Of a DNA stretch of 64,000 bases, positions 48,448-59,595 are shown in pieces. Each line of letters starts with the position of its first letter. Within the stretch, counting starts at the first letter, position 1. Position numbers and translations under genes: made by a program. Under the pieces are notes generated by a model. It saw nothing but the letters and a program-made list of their open reading frames with translations, did no database searches and had not been told where the DNA came from. This DNA is from a virus, in the IMG/VR virus record IMGVR_UViG_3300029288_006769, positions 360,145 to 424,144 of that record; one strand, written 5' to 3'.

Positions 48448-48915
48448 ATGAATATTTTTACAGCAGGTATGCCGGAACTATGTGAAGAACTCAAAAATAG
48501 TTTGAGCTCTGATATTGCTACTTACGAACACAACTTCGAACAAATTATCGGCTTTGCAAAGACTGGGAAACTCAAAAAGTTATGTATTTATATGGATGTG
48601 TGGAACGTAAGTGGTCGCGCATTCAATGGTATGCGTGGCCAAGGAGCTGCCGAGAAAATCCACGAGATTGACCCGGACATCTCGGTTCTCATCTGGGATG
48701 GTCGTGAATATGACTCCAAAGACCCTGATGTCATAATGCCCCCAGCATTCCAAGTTACCGGAACAATACATCCAATCAAAAACAAAAACGAACTTTATCT
48801 GGATTTTGACCACTATAAAGAAGAAGATATTGACAGAATAACAGAGCAGTTCTTTACTGGGGAACTTACCCTTTCGGATATTCCCCAGCGTGAATGTATT
48901 GAAATTATGCTATAG
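48448..48915 (+). CDS. Hypothetical protein
   Basis: 155 aa ORF with GGGAGG SD. Confidence 0.55.
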   Translation: MNIFTAGMPELCEELKNSLSSDIATYEHNFEQIIGFAKTGKLKKLCIYMDVWNVSGRAFNGMRGQGAAEKIHEIDPDISVLIWDGREYDSKDPDVIMPPAFQVTGTIHPIKNKNELYLDFDHYKEEDIDRITEQFFTGELTLSDIPQRECIEIML

Positions 48916-49498
48916 CAGGTTCTTTAATTTCAGTTACTGACCAAACATCATTTCGATTAACTAAACGTATAGCACCTTCTGTTGCTTGTGTAAGTGCTTT
49001 TCGCATTTCATTAATATCTGCAGCAGAATTTCTTCTTGTCAAATAATTTTCAATAAATGGCATTACGCGTTTTGAAAATGTATTTATGTCACCATTTGCT
49101 TTTTCCCAAGTTTCTTTCAAATTAGAAACCAAATCAGAAGATTTTATTAAAGCAGATTCTCTAATTGTAAAATCAACTATGAATTCATCCATTGAACCGT
49201 AATACTCAGCAACTTTAGCCATTAATTCGATCGAAGAAATAACTCCAAGATCAGCACCTTTAAGCATTATATTGCCAAGATATTTCAAAACTTTATTCTT
49301 ATTACCACTAAAACTATCAATTGTCGTAATTACATTTTCTAAATATTGTTCACTAACATTTACTCCTTCATCTCTTGATTTAGAAATCATTTCCTTCATT
49401 TCGTCAACAGATTTTTTGTCAAGAGAATTCAAAACTTTAGCTAACCAGTGAGCAAAAGATTTTTCTTTCTTACTAAGATCAACGCTTATAACATCCAT
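48905..49498 (-). CDS. Hypothetical protein
   Basis: 197 aa ORF with AGGAG SD. Confidence 0.6.
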   Translation of the reverse strand: MDVISVDLSKKEKSFAHWLAKVLNSLDKKSVDEMKEMISKSRDEGVNVSEQYLENVITTIDSFSGNKNKVLKYLGNIMLKGADLGVISSIELMAKVAEYYGSMDEFIVDFTIRESALIKSSDLVSNLKETWEKANGDINTFSKRVMPFIENYLTRRNSAADINEMRKALTQATEGAIRLVNRNDVWSVTEIKEPAIA

Positions 49499-49548
49499 TT
49501 TTGAATCTCCTTTTTCTTTCTATGTTTTATAAAAACAAGAAAAAAGAG

Positions 49549-49965
49549 TTAGAATACAAGCTGTTCAGCATTCTTTATATGGTCATATATGACAATTGGA
49601 CTATATAAAACTCTTGTCGTATTACAATTTTGAACGAACTCTAAAAGATAATCATCGACAGTCTCACCTTTTATCAATCTTGATAAATCAATTCTTGTGT
49701 CTTTAGCTATAAATGTTGTTACAAGAACATTATCTTTTGTCTTTCCTTTTTTCAATTCTTTTGACATATAGTCATAAACTTTAAGTTTTATATCAGCAAA
49801 AAACTGATCAGCATAAGAAATAATTGGGAGTCCAATTTTTTCTGACCCAACACGACATTTCAACTTGAATTGCGAGTAATCCAAATCAATATCAGTGTTT
49901 AGTTCTAGGTCATCGATTATTGGTTTGTTTTTTACAAGACAAAAAAGAAAAAATGAGTATACCAT
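49549..49965 (-). CDS. Hypothetical protein
   Basis: 138 aa ORF with AGGAGG SD. Confidence 0.55.
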   Translation of the reverse strand: MVYSFFLFCLVKNKPIIDDLELNTDIDLDYSQFKLKCRVGSEKIGLPIISYADQFFADIKLKVYDYMSKELKKGKTKDNVLVTTFIAKDTRIDLSRLIKGETVDDYLLEFVQNCNTTRVLYSPIVIYDHIKNAEQLVF

Positions 49966-50057
49966 ATTCCCTCCTTAAAAAGCAAATTTGTTTTGAATTA
50001 ATAAGTAAGGAAGGAAATCTAATCTAGTAAATCTTTAGTCTAAATATACAATACTTG

Positions 50058-50384
50058 TCAATCATTTTTTTCGTTATTTTTTGACATCTGTCTATGTAGC
50101 ATTCTGTTTTTAACTTCTGAATCTTTTGAAGATCCAAAATAAAAAGAAAATATTTGTGTGATTATAGCTGACAAGACTCCCAAAATGTAAATTGCAATAT
50201 CTTTTTTTGCAGGGTCCAAAGGAAAATAAATCAAAATAAAGAAAAGACCAAATGTCAGAAATAAAGCAAAAATAGCAAGAAGCGAAGCTACATGTTTTGT
50301 CAACCAGGGAGCAGAATGTAGAGACAGATACTCTTTAGAAGTAGGATCATCATTTGGGTCATATTTTTTAGGTGCATCTTCCAT
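50058..50384 (-). CDS. Two-TM membrane protein, holin-like
   Basis: Two TM helices ending FSFYFGSS..S..K. Confidence 0.55.
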   Translation of the reverse strand: MEDAPKKYDPNDDPTSKEYLSLHSAPWLTKHVASLLAIFALFLTFGLFFILIYFPLDPAKKDIAIYILGVLSAIITQIFSFYFGSSKDSEVKNRMLHRQMSKNNEKND

Positions 50385-50869
50385 GAAAAAAAGAAAGAGA
50401 TAAAATCAATACAAAAATTATTTCTTCTTTCTTTTCTTTGCTGCCTCTAAATCAGCAGCATGTTTTTCTTGTTTTCTTTTCTTTTTATCAACCTGAGCTT
50501 GGCTTTTAAAATAAGAACAAGATGCAGCATTTTTAGGCGCTTTTCTAATGATTTCTAAAATCTCGCAATCTTTATGTAAGACACAATCTTTTATAGGGCA
50601 ATTCATTATTCTTCTTTCATTGAAGAGACAAATTCTCCGACTGCCATCCAGCCTGATTCAAAAGCAGTACATAAACCTTCATGAGGACACCCGTTTACGG
50701 TTTTACAAATTTTCCTGGCAAAGATTTCTGCCATAGGCTTCGATAAATTTTGCAAAGCAACACATACGTCCTTATCAACTAAGTTTCTTGATTTCGGACA
50801 TAGAATAACTTCCATTGAGAACCTCCCTATGTTGCAATAACTCATATCGTTAGTTAAAAGTTAAACTAC

Positions 50870-51202
50870 CTATAACGTTTCAAGGACACGTATAATCTGT
50901 TTTGCGCCTTCTCTAAAAGCAAGATTCATAAGAATAATAATATTTTCTGCCAATTCTTTGTTATCGACTGTCACAAGAATGATCCTGTCAGTTTTTGCTC
51001 TTATTTTAAAACTCCCATTGTCTTCAATAAGAACATATTCCGGATCATCAACTATATCATCCCATTTCTTAGAAAGAACCCTACGAGAATTTAGATGAAC
51101 GTCTAAACTTCTTACGACTTGTGTATATTCGTTTGTAAGTTTTTTTATGAATTCTACGGGTTCAACTTCAATATCTGAAATAAAATTAATTTTATTATTC
51201 AT
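50870..51202 (-). CDS. Hypothetical protein
   Basis: 110 aa ORF. Confidence 0.5.
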   Translation of the reverse strand: MNNKINFISDIEVEPVEFIKKLTNEYTQVVRSLDVHLNSRRVLSKKWDDIVDDPEYVLIEDNGSFKIRAKTDRIILVTVDNKELAENIIILMNLAFREGAKQIIRVLETL

Positions 51203-51705
51203 GTTTCCTTCAAAAACTTAAATTTTGCTTTCTTGTCGACTTTTTTCTTTTTTTCGGGTTCATCTGTTTCTGGCATCTTAGCTTCTGGATGGGCTGCTTT
51301 ATATGACTTTACTATATCTTTTGTTTGTTGAGTCATAATAAGAATAGAACAAATTTGAATACAACTAAAAGTAAAAAACCACCAACACCCAGTAACTCCA
51401 TAAAAAACTGTCACTAAAACAGAAATAACTTTTGAAATTTGGAAAAGCGGTTTTTCAAATTCTTTAGATAAATTTAAAGTTTTTTCATGACTGGTTGTAA
51501 TCGACTCTATATGTCTGGATAGATAACTAAGTAAAATGACCATTAAAAACGTTAATGATGCCATAAGAACATTATAGACGAAAAACATTTTTACTAAATT
51601 ATCGACATACCAAGCTTTCATATCAAAAATTTTATCGCAATAAACTAAAATAGTCAAAGATAGAGTTACTACCCACCAGATGTATTTTCCCATATTACCC
51701 TTCAA
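51199..51705 (-). CDS. Hypothetical membrane protein
   Basis: Several hydrophobic segments. Confidence 0.55.
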   Translation of the reverse strand: MKGNMGKYIWWVVTLSLTILVYCDKIFDMKAWYVDNLVKMFFVYNVLMASLTFLMVILLSYLSRHIESITTSHEKTLNLSKEFEKPLFQISKVISVLVTVFYGVTGCWWFFTFSCIQICSILIMTQQTKDIVKSYKAAHPEAKMPETDEPEKKKKVDKKAKFKFLKET

Positions 51706-52355
51706 TTTCTTGTGAACTGTTTAATCTTGCATGAACTTTACCTTTATTCGGCTTATTCCAATAATTGATTATTGTAATTGCTCTACTCATACCTAATCTA
51801 ACACCTCTCGACATTGCAGCTGCTATAACATCATTTTTGTTTGATTCGTTTGTTAATTGTGGCCCTTTAGGTAAATTATTCATTTCTTGCCACAAATATT
51901 CAACTATTTCAGTTTGTAATCTTGGCGTTATTTGCATATATAATCCTTTTTATCTTTTTACAAGCAATTTGAAAATAAATAAAAAGTATATAAGTTAATC
52001 ACATGAACCATACTAGAACACAGTCTAGCACATTCAAATATAATAATCAATAGAACATTATGTCTAAAAACAATTAATTCTCTAAGGAGGCTCGAGTGAA
52101 CACGCATTTTGAAAAAGCTTTCGAAAAACTTGATGAATGCATGGATCTTTTAGGGAAAGGCATCAATAGCATCTTCAAAGAAGTCGCAGGAAAGGATGCC
52201 AAAGAAACTAAAATTAATATCAAGGCAGGATCTGTAGTCTATGTTGGCAAGGGCGTATATGCCAGACTATTGAAAGACACAGAAGCTACTGTCTCATCAA
52301 TTTCAGAAGAACCTGAAGCAGTAAAATCAACACAATAATCATTGGAGAAGTTCAA

Positions 52356-52805
52356 ATGCCTATCAAATTCTATAAAATTAAAGAACCTTTTGGTGCGTTT
52401 TCGAATTTTTCTCGCCATACATTCAAACTTGATGGCTATACTTGGAAAACTACAGAACATTATTTTCAAGCACAAAAATATGTAAATACAGTACGTTTTG
52501 AAATGATTGCAAATGCAGCAACACCAAGAGAAGCTGCAGAATTAGGTAGAGATAGATCCATACCTTTAAGAAAAGATTGGGAATCAATAAAAGACGATGT
52601 AATGAGAAAATGTGTTCTTGCTAAATTTTCTACTTATCCTGAACTAAAAGCTCTTCTACTTGGCACTGGTGATGAAGAAATTATTGAAGACTCACATATT
52701 GATTCTTATTGGGGCTGTGGAAGTAGTGGTACGGGCAAAAACATGCTTGGTAAAATTTTAATGGAAACACGAGAAATTTTAAGAAAACAAATGGCAGTTC
52801 ATTAA
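52356..52805 (+). CDS. NADAR (YbiA-like) N-glycosidase
   Basis: FSNF, TTEHYFQAQK, DWE..K..VM, KF, LL.TG, D.YWG, GKN.LG.ILMETR. Confidence 0.93.
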   Translation: MPIKFYKIKEPFGAFSNFSRHTFKLDGYTWKTTEHYFQAQKYVNTVRFEMIANAATPREAAELGRDRSIPLRKDWESIKDDVMRKCVLAKFSTYPELKALLLGTGDEEIIEDSHIDSYWGCGSSGTGKNMLGKILMETREILRKQMAVH

Positions 52806-52998
52806 TTGCTTACGACATAGAAAGTATGAATACTTTTCTAAAATTCAAATCAAAAGCAATGCTAAGATTAGAAAATTGTAATAGAGCATCTGCAACATGC
52901 GGAGAACCTAAAGCTTGTAAAAACAGGAAATATGATCCTAAAAGAAAAGACTGTAAAGAATGTAGTTCTGATGCTTTCGAAGCAATGAAGGAAGCTCT

Positions 52999-55392
52999 AT
53001 GTATGAAATGAATGGTAAATATACGACAGCAAAAATTATGATTGATTACGTTGAGGAAGCCTGTACTTCACAAATTATAGGCTTTCTTAATCATCCTGTT
53101 TTTACAAATCCTATAGCAATCATGCCCGATACACATGCTGGAAAAGGCTCTGTCGTAGGTTTCACAATGCCAATGACAGAAAAAATCATTCCTAATGTAA
53201 TCGGCGTGGATATTGGTTGTTTCATTGGAGAAACTAAAGTAGAACTTGCAGATAACAGAAAATTGAACTTCTTGGATCTCATCAAAGAACAAGAAGAAGG
53301 AAAAGAAAACTTTTGCTTTGCAAAAGATCCTCTTGGAAATATCATTATTACAAAAATTTTATCTATATTTTTCACAAAAATTGTCACAAAATTAGTCAAA
53401 ATTATTCTTGATAATGACGAAATTATTTATTGTACTGAAGATCATATCTTCTTTTTATTAAACCAAAAAGAAATAGAAGCAAAAAATCTTGAAGCAGGAG
53501 TTTCTTTATTTCCTCTCTATATTAAAAAGGCAAAACAAGTAAAAAATATTTCAACAAAATCAAATTATTTAAAAAACACGGATTATTTAGTTGTCTATAA
53601 TCCTAAAACTAATAAATATGATTATGTTCATTGTTTAGCAGACGATTATAACACAAGAAAAAATGTACAAAATTCATTAAAAATATTTGTTAGACATCAC
53701 AAAAATTTCAATAAATTTGACAATAACCCAACCAATTTAGAAAGAGTTTCCTGGCCTACACATTGGAAAATACATGCTGATCATGCTTCTGAATTAAATA
53801 AACAAGGTAAGTCAGGTTGGAAAATCTCTTGGCAAAGACATTATGACAAGTTTCGAAAAATGTCATCTAAAAAAATGAAAAAATTAAGTAAAAACTCTGA
53901 ATTTCAAAAAAAGAGAAATGCTGCTTCAGCAGAAAATTTTAGAGTATATTGTCAGACAGAAAAATTTAAAGAACAATCAAAAACAGCAGGACAAAGAGGA
54001 AAAGTATCATTTGTTAGATATAATAAGTCTATTAAAGGAAAAGAAAAATCAAAAGAAATTGCACATAGAACTTATATTTGCCCGATCTGTAATAAAAAAA
54101 TTACAAGTCCAATTGCAGTAAATGCTCATAGAAAAAAACATGAGGGGCTTACATTTCAAGAATTCAAACAAATCAAAAACCATAAAATTAAATCTATTGA
54201 AACAATTTCTTGTGAACCCACTAAAGTTTATTGTTTACGAGTCGAAGAACATAGTAATTTTGCATTATCTGCAGGAGTTTTTGTTCATAATTGCGGTATG
54301 AGAACATTCAACATTGGTTCAAATTTATCTTTACCATTACAAGAACTTGATCACAAAATTCGTCAAAGAATCCCATTTGGCTTTGATATTAACGAAAAAT
54401 CTGTTATTGATTTTGTTAAAGAATTCCCATGGAAACAAACCAATGTAGCAGCTCAAAAATTTGCTGTTTCTTATCAAGAAAAATTCAATACTCGAATTTC
54501 TTTGCCTCATTTTGATTTTCCCTGGTTTGAACAAAAATGCAAATCAATTGGTTGCGATCTTGGAAGAGCAATCAAAAGTCTTTGTTCTTTGGGTGGTGGA
54601 AATCATTTTATTGAGCTCGGTCTTTCGACCAACAATCATTATTGGCTCACTATTCATACAGGTTCTCGAAATTTTGGAAAATGTATCTGCGAATATTGGC
54701 AAGATATTGCCGTCAAAAAACTGAAAAGAACTGGGAGAGACGACAGAAAAACAGAAATTGCAAATCTCAAACTTACTCTTAAAGGCAAAGAACTTTTTGA
54801 TGCAATAAAAACTATAAAAGAAAAGGCTCCGGTAACTTTGAATTTTTCTGATGACCTTTGTTATCTTGAAGAAGAAGATGCACAAGCTTATCTTTTTGAT
54901 ATGGTTTTTGCGCAAATTTATGCACAAACAAATAGAGAGCTGATTTCCCGAAAGATAATTGAGATTCTCAAAATAGAGCCTATTGACACAATTGAAACTG
55001 TGCATAATTTTATTGATTTTGAAGATTTCATAATCAGAAAAGGTGCCATCAGGTCCTATGAAAATGAAAGAATGATAATTCCTTTTAATATGCGAGATGG
55101 TATTCTTGTCTGTACTGGGAAATCAAACACTGAGTGGAACTTTTCAGCGCCCCATGGTGCTGGGCGTTTCATGTCACGTGCTCAAGCAAAAAAGACTTTG
55201 AAGCTTGATGATTTTGAAACTCAAATGAAAGGGATTTTTTCGACATCTGTGAATATGTCGACACTTGATGAAGCACCCAATGCTTATAAGAATCCCATGA
55301 TTATTGAAGAAGCTATAGGTCCAACTGCAAATATTATCGACAGACTTAAACCTATAATGAATATGAAAGACTCAAAAGGAACAGACAATTAA
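52999..55392 (+). CDS. rtcB: RtcB 3'-phosphate/5'-OH RNA ligase interrupted by an intein
   Basis: MPDTHAG, GVDIG-C, SLGGGNHFIE, HTGSR, HN, RKGA, IPFNM, SAPHGAGR, DEAP.AYK. Confidence 0.95.
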   Translation: MYEMNGKYTTAKIMIDYVEEACTSQIIGFLNHPVFTNPIAIMPDTHAGKGSVVGFTMPMTEKIIPNVIGVDIGCFIGETKVELADNRKLNFLDLIKEQEEGKENFCFAKDPLGNIIITKILSIFFTKIVTKLVKIILDNDEIIYCTEDHIFFLLNQKEIEAKNLEAGVSLFPLYIKKAKQVKNISTKSNYLKNTDYLVVYNPKTNKYDYVHCLADDYNTRKNVQNSLKIFVRHHKNFNKFDNNPTNLERVSWPTHWKIHADHASELNKQGKSGWKISWQRHYDKFRKMSSKKMKKLSKNSEFQKKRNAASAENFRVYCQTEKFKEQSKTAGQRGKVSFVRYNKSIKGKEKSKEIAHRTYICPICNKKITSPIAVNAHRKKHEGLTFQEFKQIKNHKIKSIETISCEPTKVYCLRVEEHSNFALSAGVFVHNCGMRTFNIGSNLSLPLQELDHKIRQRIPFGFDINEKSVIDFVKEFPWKQTNVAAQKFAVSYQEKFNTRISLPHFDFPWFEQKCKSIGCDLGRAIKSLCSLGGGNHFIELGLSTNNHYWLTIHTGSRNFGKCICEYWQDIAVKKLKRTGRDDRKTEIANLKLTLKGKELFDAIKTIKEKAPVTLNFSDDLCYLEEEDAQAYLFDMVFAQIYAQTNRELISRKIIEILKIEPIDTIETVHNFIDFEDFIIRKGAIRSYENERMIIPFNMRDGILVCTGKSNTEWNFSAPHGAGRFMSRAQAKKTLKLDDFETQMKGIFSTSVNMSTLDEAPNAYKNPMIIEEAIGPTANIIDRLKPIMNMKDSKGTDN
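53218..54291 (+). mobile_element. Intein (358 aa) carrying an HNH endonuclease
   Basis: Starts CFIGET, block B CTEDH.F, ends HNC; internal RHHKNFNKFDNNPTNL...H...H. Confidence 0.92.
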
Positions 55393-55427
55393 GCCTGTCC
55401 CTTTTGATCCATCATTCATCAAGGAGA

Positions 55428-56051
55428 CTACTGAGCCGCTTTAGCGTATTGGCCACCACCCGGAGCAATTTCACCACGTTGTTCGAGTTTCTTCCTGAAA
55501 CTAACACCACCGTGAAGAATATCACCTTCAAGTTCTTTTGTACCATCGGTATAAGTAATCAATCTTCCTGAATTACCGAACTCGTCAGAAAGCTCTTCGA
55601 TTCCTTTGGTTGCTTTTTCATAGCCTGCAGGGGCTTTATCTGTAGAGTAACCCATTGCTCTTTGATACAAGCCCTTGCTAAAAGCATCATTCTGCTTTTG
55701 TACCATTTCCATAATAGTAGCAAAAGTTTTTGTATCAGTTTTTTGCAAATGTTTCAAGTCTTTTACCGAATATGTTTTTGTACCGAAAGGTGTCTTTACT
55801 GTGATCGGTTCGTTTTGCGCTTGTACAGCTGAAATAAAACCCGCAGCCAATAAAGCAGCTAGAGCAGCTAAATTCCTAATTTTAGGATTCTTAATCTTTG
55901 CTTCATGAACATTGGCATTCAGATATTTTTTGACGATATCTGCAGCATTCTGAGGGGTCAGACTAATTCCCAATTCTTTGGCTAAGTCCTTGGGAGAGTA
56001 TTTTTTCTTGGCTTCTCTAACAGTAGCTTTAAGTAACAATTCATAATTCAT
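55428..56051 (-). CDS. Hypothetical protein
   Basis: 207 aa ORF with AGGAG SD. Confidence 0.6.
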   Translation of the reverse strand: MNYELLLKATVREAKKKYSPKDLAKELGISLTPQNAADIVKKYLNANVHEAKIKNPKIRNLAALAALLAAGFISAVQAQNEPITVKTPFGTKTYSVKDLKHLQKTDTKTFATIMEMVQKQNDAFSKGLYQRAMGYSTDKAPAGYEKATKGIEELSDEFGNSGRLITYTDGTKELEGDILHGGVSFRKKLEQRGEIAPGGGQYAKAAQ

Positions 56052-56167
56052 TTATATACTCCTTCTAAAGTTTCTAAAGTTTTATTAAAGTGAGTTATAA
56101 AAACAAGATAAAAAATTTATGGCAGAAGGAAAAGAACATTCGATATAGACAGCAACAGGAGGAAACT

Positions 56168-56638
56168 ATGAAATCATTACTTTTTGTTTGCAGTATCTGC
56201 ATGATTATACATGGCAATGTATTAAGTATTTACGACTCAGTCAGATATGATGAAACTGACTCGGTTATGAGCTCTGCGTACACGGGCCCAATATTTGCTT
56301 CCGGTGGAGCAGACTCAGGGCATATAATTAAAGAAATGCAACCTGAAAAAATCGGTTATGCAAAAGATAAACAGATTATCCTTATCGGGGACACAGCCAA
56401 CGAAATTTATTCATTTGATTCTATTACTTATTATGAAGTCTCAAAAAATGGAGAATCTTTTTACATTATAAAAATTCTTGCAACTTACAATTTATCCACT
56501 TATGATATTATTATTGAATTGAGACATGGCTCAAATTTTGATAGAGTCATGACAATCTATAAAAACGGGAAACCTGATCTGCTTGTTTTATGGGTTGAAA
56601 CTATGAGGATGAAACAAAAACTTGTTAGAAAAATTTAA
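56168..56638 (+). CDS. Hypothetical exported protein
   Basis: MKSLLFVCSIC... after AGGAGG. Confidence 0.5.
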   Translation: MKSLLFVCSICMIIHGNVLSIYDSVRYDETDSVMSSAYTGPIFASGGADSGHIIKEMQPEKIGYAKDKQIILIGDTANEIYSFDSITYYEVSKNGESFYIIKILATYNLSTYDIIIELRHGSNFDRVMTIYKNGKPDLLVLWVETMRMKQKLVRKI

Positions 56639-56859
56639 TCTTTCATAAATGATGCAGTCAAATCTACAGGGCGCTTGCCATACTTTCTTTCACATTCTTT
56701 AATCCAATCTTGCATTTCTTGAGGGCCACCCGTACAACAAAGACCCTCAGCTCTTCCACTATTATTCCATCTTGGATCTTTTTTGCTATAGACTGACCAC
56801 GAACCCATCTTTGGACCAAACATAGTAGCGACCCCGTTTAGCACACTCAAAAATGTTCT

Positions 56860-57489
56860 TTAGGATTTTCTATTAGTAAGTTCTTCTGTGCCCTTAAATG
56901 CATTCTTTGTAACATTGTCGTATAGGAAACGTATTTTTACTATAATCATTGAAATTGTTTTTCTTATGAAATCATCTAAAAGAGACCAAAGAGCAGAAAT
57001 TGGCCAATAAATAACCCAGTGAGAAATTGTTTTCTTATGATCGATCACCTTAGGTACTGATAAACAGGAATGTCTTCTCCATTCTTCTAATAAATAGCTC
57101 GGAACTGGTGTATCTATTGTTATTTCGTCTTTGAGGTTTTGAATATTTCCATGTTCTTTTGCTCGTGTAAGCCAGTTAAATCTGTCTATTTTATATTGCA
57201 ATGCTTTTTTGTTGACAAAAAGCCACCATTTGATAAATGACCATATAAACCCAATCAATATATACCCTAAAAGAAATAAAAATGATTTTGTAGGATTTTG
57301 AGCAATCCATCCAAATACGTCTTTTCTAACTATAATTTGAAAAAATAAAAAATAAAGAACAATGTTGAAACCCGACCAAAAGACAAATTCTTTCTCCACA
57401 CAGTAAAAAAGAAGAATTATCCAGATTCCTGTAAATATAAAGAACCACACTGTACCCAAAGCAAAAATTGAAGCTAACCATGTAATCAT
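56860..57489 (-). CDS. Hypothetical multi-TM membrane protein
   Basis: Several TM segments. Confidence 0.6.
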   Translation of the reverse strand: MITWLASIFALGTVWFFIFTGIWIILLFYCVEKEFVFWSGFNIVLYFLFFQIIVRKDVFGWIAQNPTKSFLFLLGYILIGFIWSFIKWWLFVNKKALQYKIDRFNWLTRAKEHGNIQNLKDEITIDTPVPSYLLEEWRRHSCLSVPKVIDHKKTISHWVIYWPISALWSLLDDFIRKTISMIIVKIRFLYDNVTKNAFKGTEELTNRKS

Positions 57490-57660
57490 TTGTGCTTCCT
57501 TTTTCTTTTCTCAGATAAAATAATAAATAACCCAAGTAAGAACAAAAAACATATACTTGGTATTGAAAAATAATGGTAAAAAGAAATTCCATTTTTATGA
57601 ATTGCAAGAATAGCAAAAACAAGACACATCACAGAAAAAACACTTAAAGACCAGCCAAAT

Positions 57661-58722
57661 TTATTCACCAAACCACCTCGCATAAAGACGCCAGTATAAA
57701 TCTGTTCTCATAAAATCTACAAGATGTTCATTTAATGATTCTCTATATGGGCTATCTTGTTTTAAAGCAAACCCATAGGATTGTTTGTCAAACATTTCGC
57801 CTGCAATTTTACACCTTTTTTTCCCAGCATTACTCACATAATATTTTAAAGTAGGCATATCGAAAATAACAGCATCAACTTTATTATTTGCAAGCAAATC
57901 ATATGCATCTTCGATTTTTTCTGTATATGTACCTATGCAACTCATTCCTTTGACATAAGCTTCTGCTGTTGTCCCTTTTTCCGTAGCAACTTTTTTCTCG
58001 ATTAAATCTTGTACAGAATTTATAGCTGATTCCGTTTTTTCCGTAGTCAAAGCTGTATTCATAGAAGCAATAATGTACGGGAAAATAAACCCAATCCCGA
58101 CTAGCATAACAATAATAGTGATAAATTTACCTATTGGAGTTTGTGGTGTTTTGTCTCCATAACCTACTGTTGTAATTGTAGTTATGATCCAATATAGCCC
58201 GTCACCTGCACCTTTAATTGGATTTTTATGAAATAGTCTACCCCGTTCTACAACCCATATGCCAATAATACCTAGAAGTAAAAAAACACCAAATATTTTA
58301 AAAGGAGTACCCATTTGCTTGAAATAAAGAATCAAAACATTCAAGATATTTACTTCTTTATCTTTATTGACACAAATACTTAAACCGGAATTCAAATAAG
58401 GGTGTGAGAAATCAAATTTGGCTTCTCTTTCCCCAGTGATAGTAATTCCAGAAATTGCAGCATCATAAATACCATTTTGCATCCCATCTAAAAGTTCTGA
58501 GAAAGTAGCCGGTATTTCATACTTAATATCTAATTTTGCTCTTTTTGCAATTTCCTCAAATACTTCAACGTCAAAGCCTGTCGGATTTTTCCCTTGTTCA
58601 AGAATAACACAAGGAGGAAAATCATAGACCGCAACTTTTAAAGTATCAGAAGAAACTGAAAAAGAGACAAGTAATATAAACAATACAACAAAACTCTTCA
58701 TACTTGTCTCTATTCCCTTCAT
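57661..58722 (-). CDS. GluR0-like ligand-gated K+ channel (split periplasmic binding domain around a pore)
   Basis: Signal peptide, family-3 SBP half (GFDVE, ITITGER...DFS.PY), TM-pore TITTVGYGD-TM, second SBP half. Confidence 0.9.
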   Translation of the reverse strand: MKGIETSMKSFVVLFILLVSFSVSSDTLKVAVYDFPPCVILEQGKNPTGFDVEVFEEIAKRAKLDIKYEIPATFSELLDGMQNGIYDAAISGITITGEREAKFDFSHPYLNSGLSICVNKDKEVNILNVLILYFKQMGTPFKIFGVFLLLGIIGIWVVERGRLFHKNPIKGAGDGLYWIITTITTVGYGDKTPQTPIGKFITIIVMLVGIGFIFPYIIASMNTALTTEKTESAINSVQDLIEKKVATEKGTTAEAYVKGMSCIGTYTEKIEDAYDLLANNKVDAVIFDMPTLKYYVSNAGKKRCKIAGEMFDKQSYGFALKQDSPYRESLNEHLVDFMRTDLYWRLYARWFGE

Positions 58723-59525
58723 TAAGCAACTTTCTTTGCCGTCAACTTATTACGCATACATTTTTGCATATCAGCTGCGGCTTTGTCAATATTCCATAGA
58801 TCATAATCGAGTAACTTGATCATCTCTACAGGATCGATCCCCAGCATTGCAAAAGAATACAATATTGGGGACATTATTGTACCGATATCTTTGAGATAAA
58901 AATCGAGCGTCTGAACACCATAGAAATTCTTTTTAATATCTGTTTCCATAGTGCCTGATGCAATGAATCGAGCTGCACACCATGTTACATGATTCGTATG
59001 CAACAAATACCGCATTTCCTCCGAGTTTGCAGAACGCATTGCAGCTCCCAGCATTTCAGCGACATCTTTCTCTGTAAAAATCGGGTCTTTTACGCTTAAA
59101 AATGCGCAAATTGCTTTTGCGAGAGCAAGTGTCGGAAGTTCATTGGCCTGTCTCCGCGCAATGGAAAGTTGTTCATAAGGGCGAAAAAACGGATTGAATA
59201 CTTTATCATCTGGTTTGGCCTTTGATGAAATCCCCAGTTCGACCATAGCTTCGGAGGAAAGATCTTTCACAAACACAGGATTCTGTTCTTCACCTGTGAA
59301 TGTATATTCAGTCATTTCGCTCCCGCCATACATTATTTTGAGTGTTTTTCCAACAGGGAAAAACCCACAAAATGGATGGTCAGCTTTGTCAACAAGAACT
59401 TGACAACCACGGAGCCAAAGCTCATGGCCTAATTTTGCAGGTACATGCACATTTTCGAGTAAATGTATGTAGAAAGCCTGCCCGCTTCCAGGGATGCTTG
59501 ATGCACTTTCAATTGGATAACGCAC
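58722..59525 (-). CDS. Hypothetical protein
   Basis: 267 aa ORF, GTG start with AGGAGG SD. Confidence 0.6.
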   Translation of the reverse strand: MRYPIESASSIPGSGQAFYIHLLENVHVPAKLGHELWLRGCQVLVDKADHPFCGFFPVGKTLKIMYGGSEMTEYTFTGEEQNPVFVKDLSSEAMVELGISSKAKPDDKVFNPFFRPYEQLSIARRQANELPTLALAKAICAFLSVKDPIFTEKDVAEMLGAAMRSANSEEMRYLLHTNHVTWCAARFIASGTMETDIKKNFYGVQTLDFYLKDIGTIMSPILYSFAMLGIDPVEMIKLLDYDLWNIDKAAADMQKCMRNKLTAKKVA

Positions 59526-59554
59526 ACAACCTCCTTTTAATTTTGCTTAAAAGT

Positions 59555-59581
59555 AAAGGGACTCCCATTTCCGAGTCCCCT
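59555..59581 (-). terminator. Intrinsic terminator after pspA
   Basis: GGGGACTC/GAGTCCCC stem followed by T run on the minus strand. Confidence 0.65.
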
Positions 59582-59595
59582 ACCCGTTATCTCTA

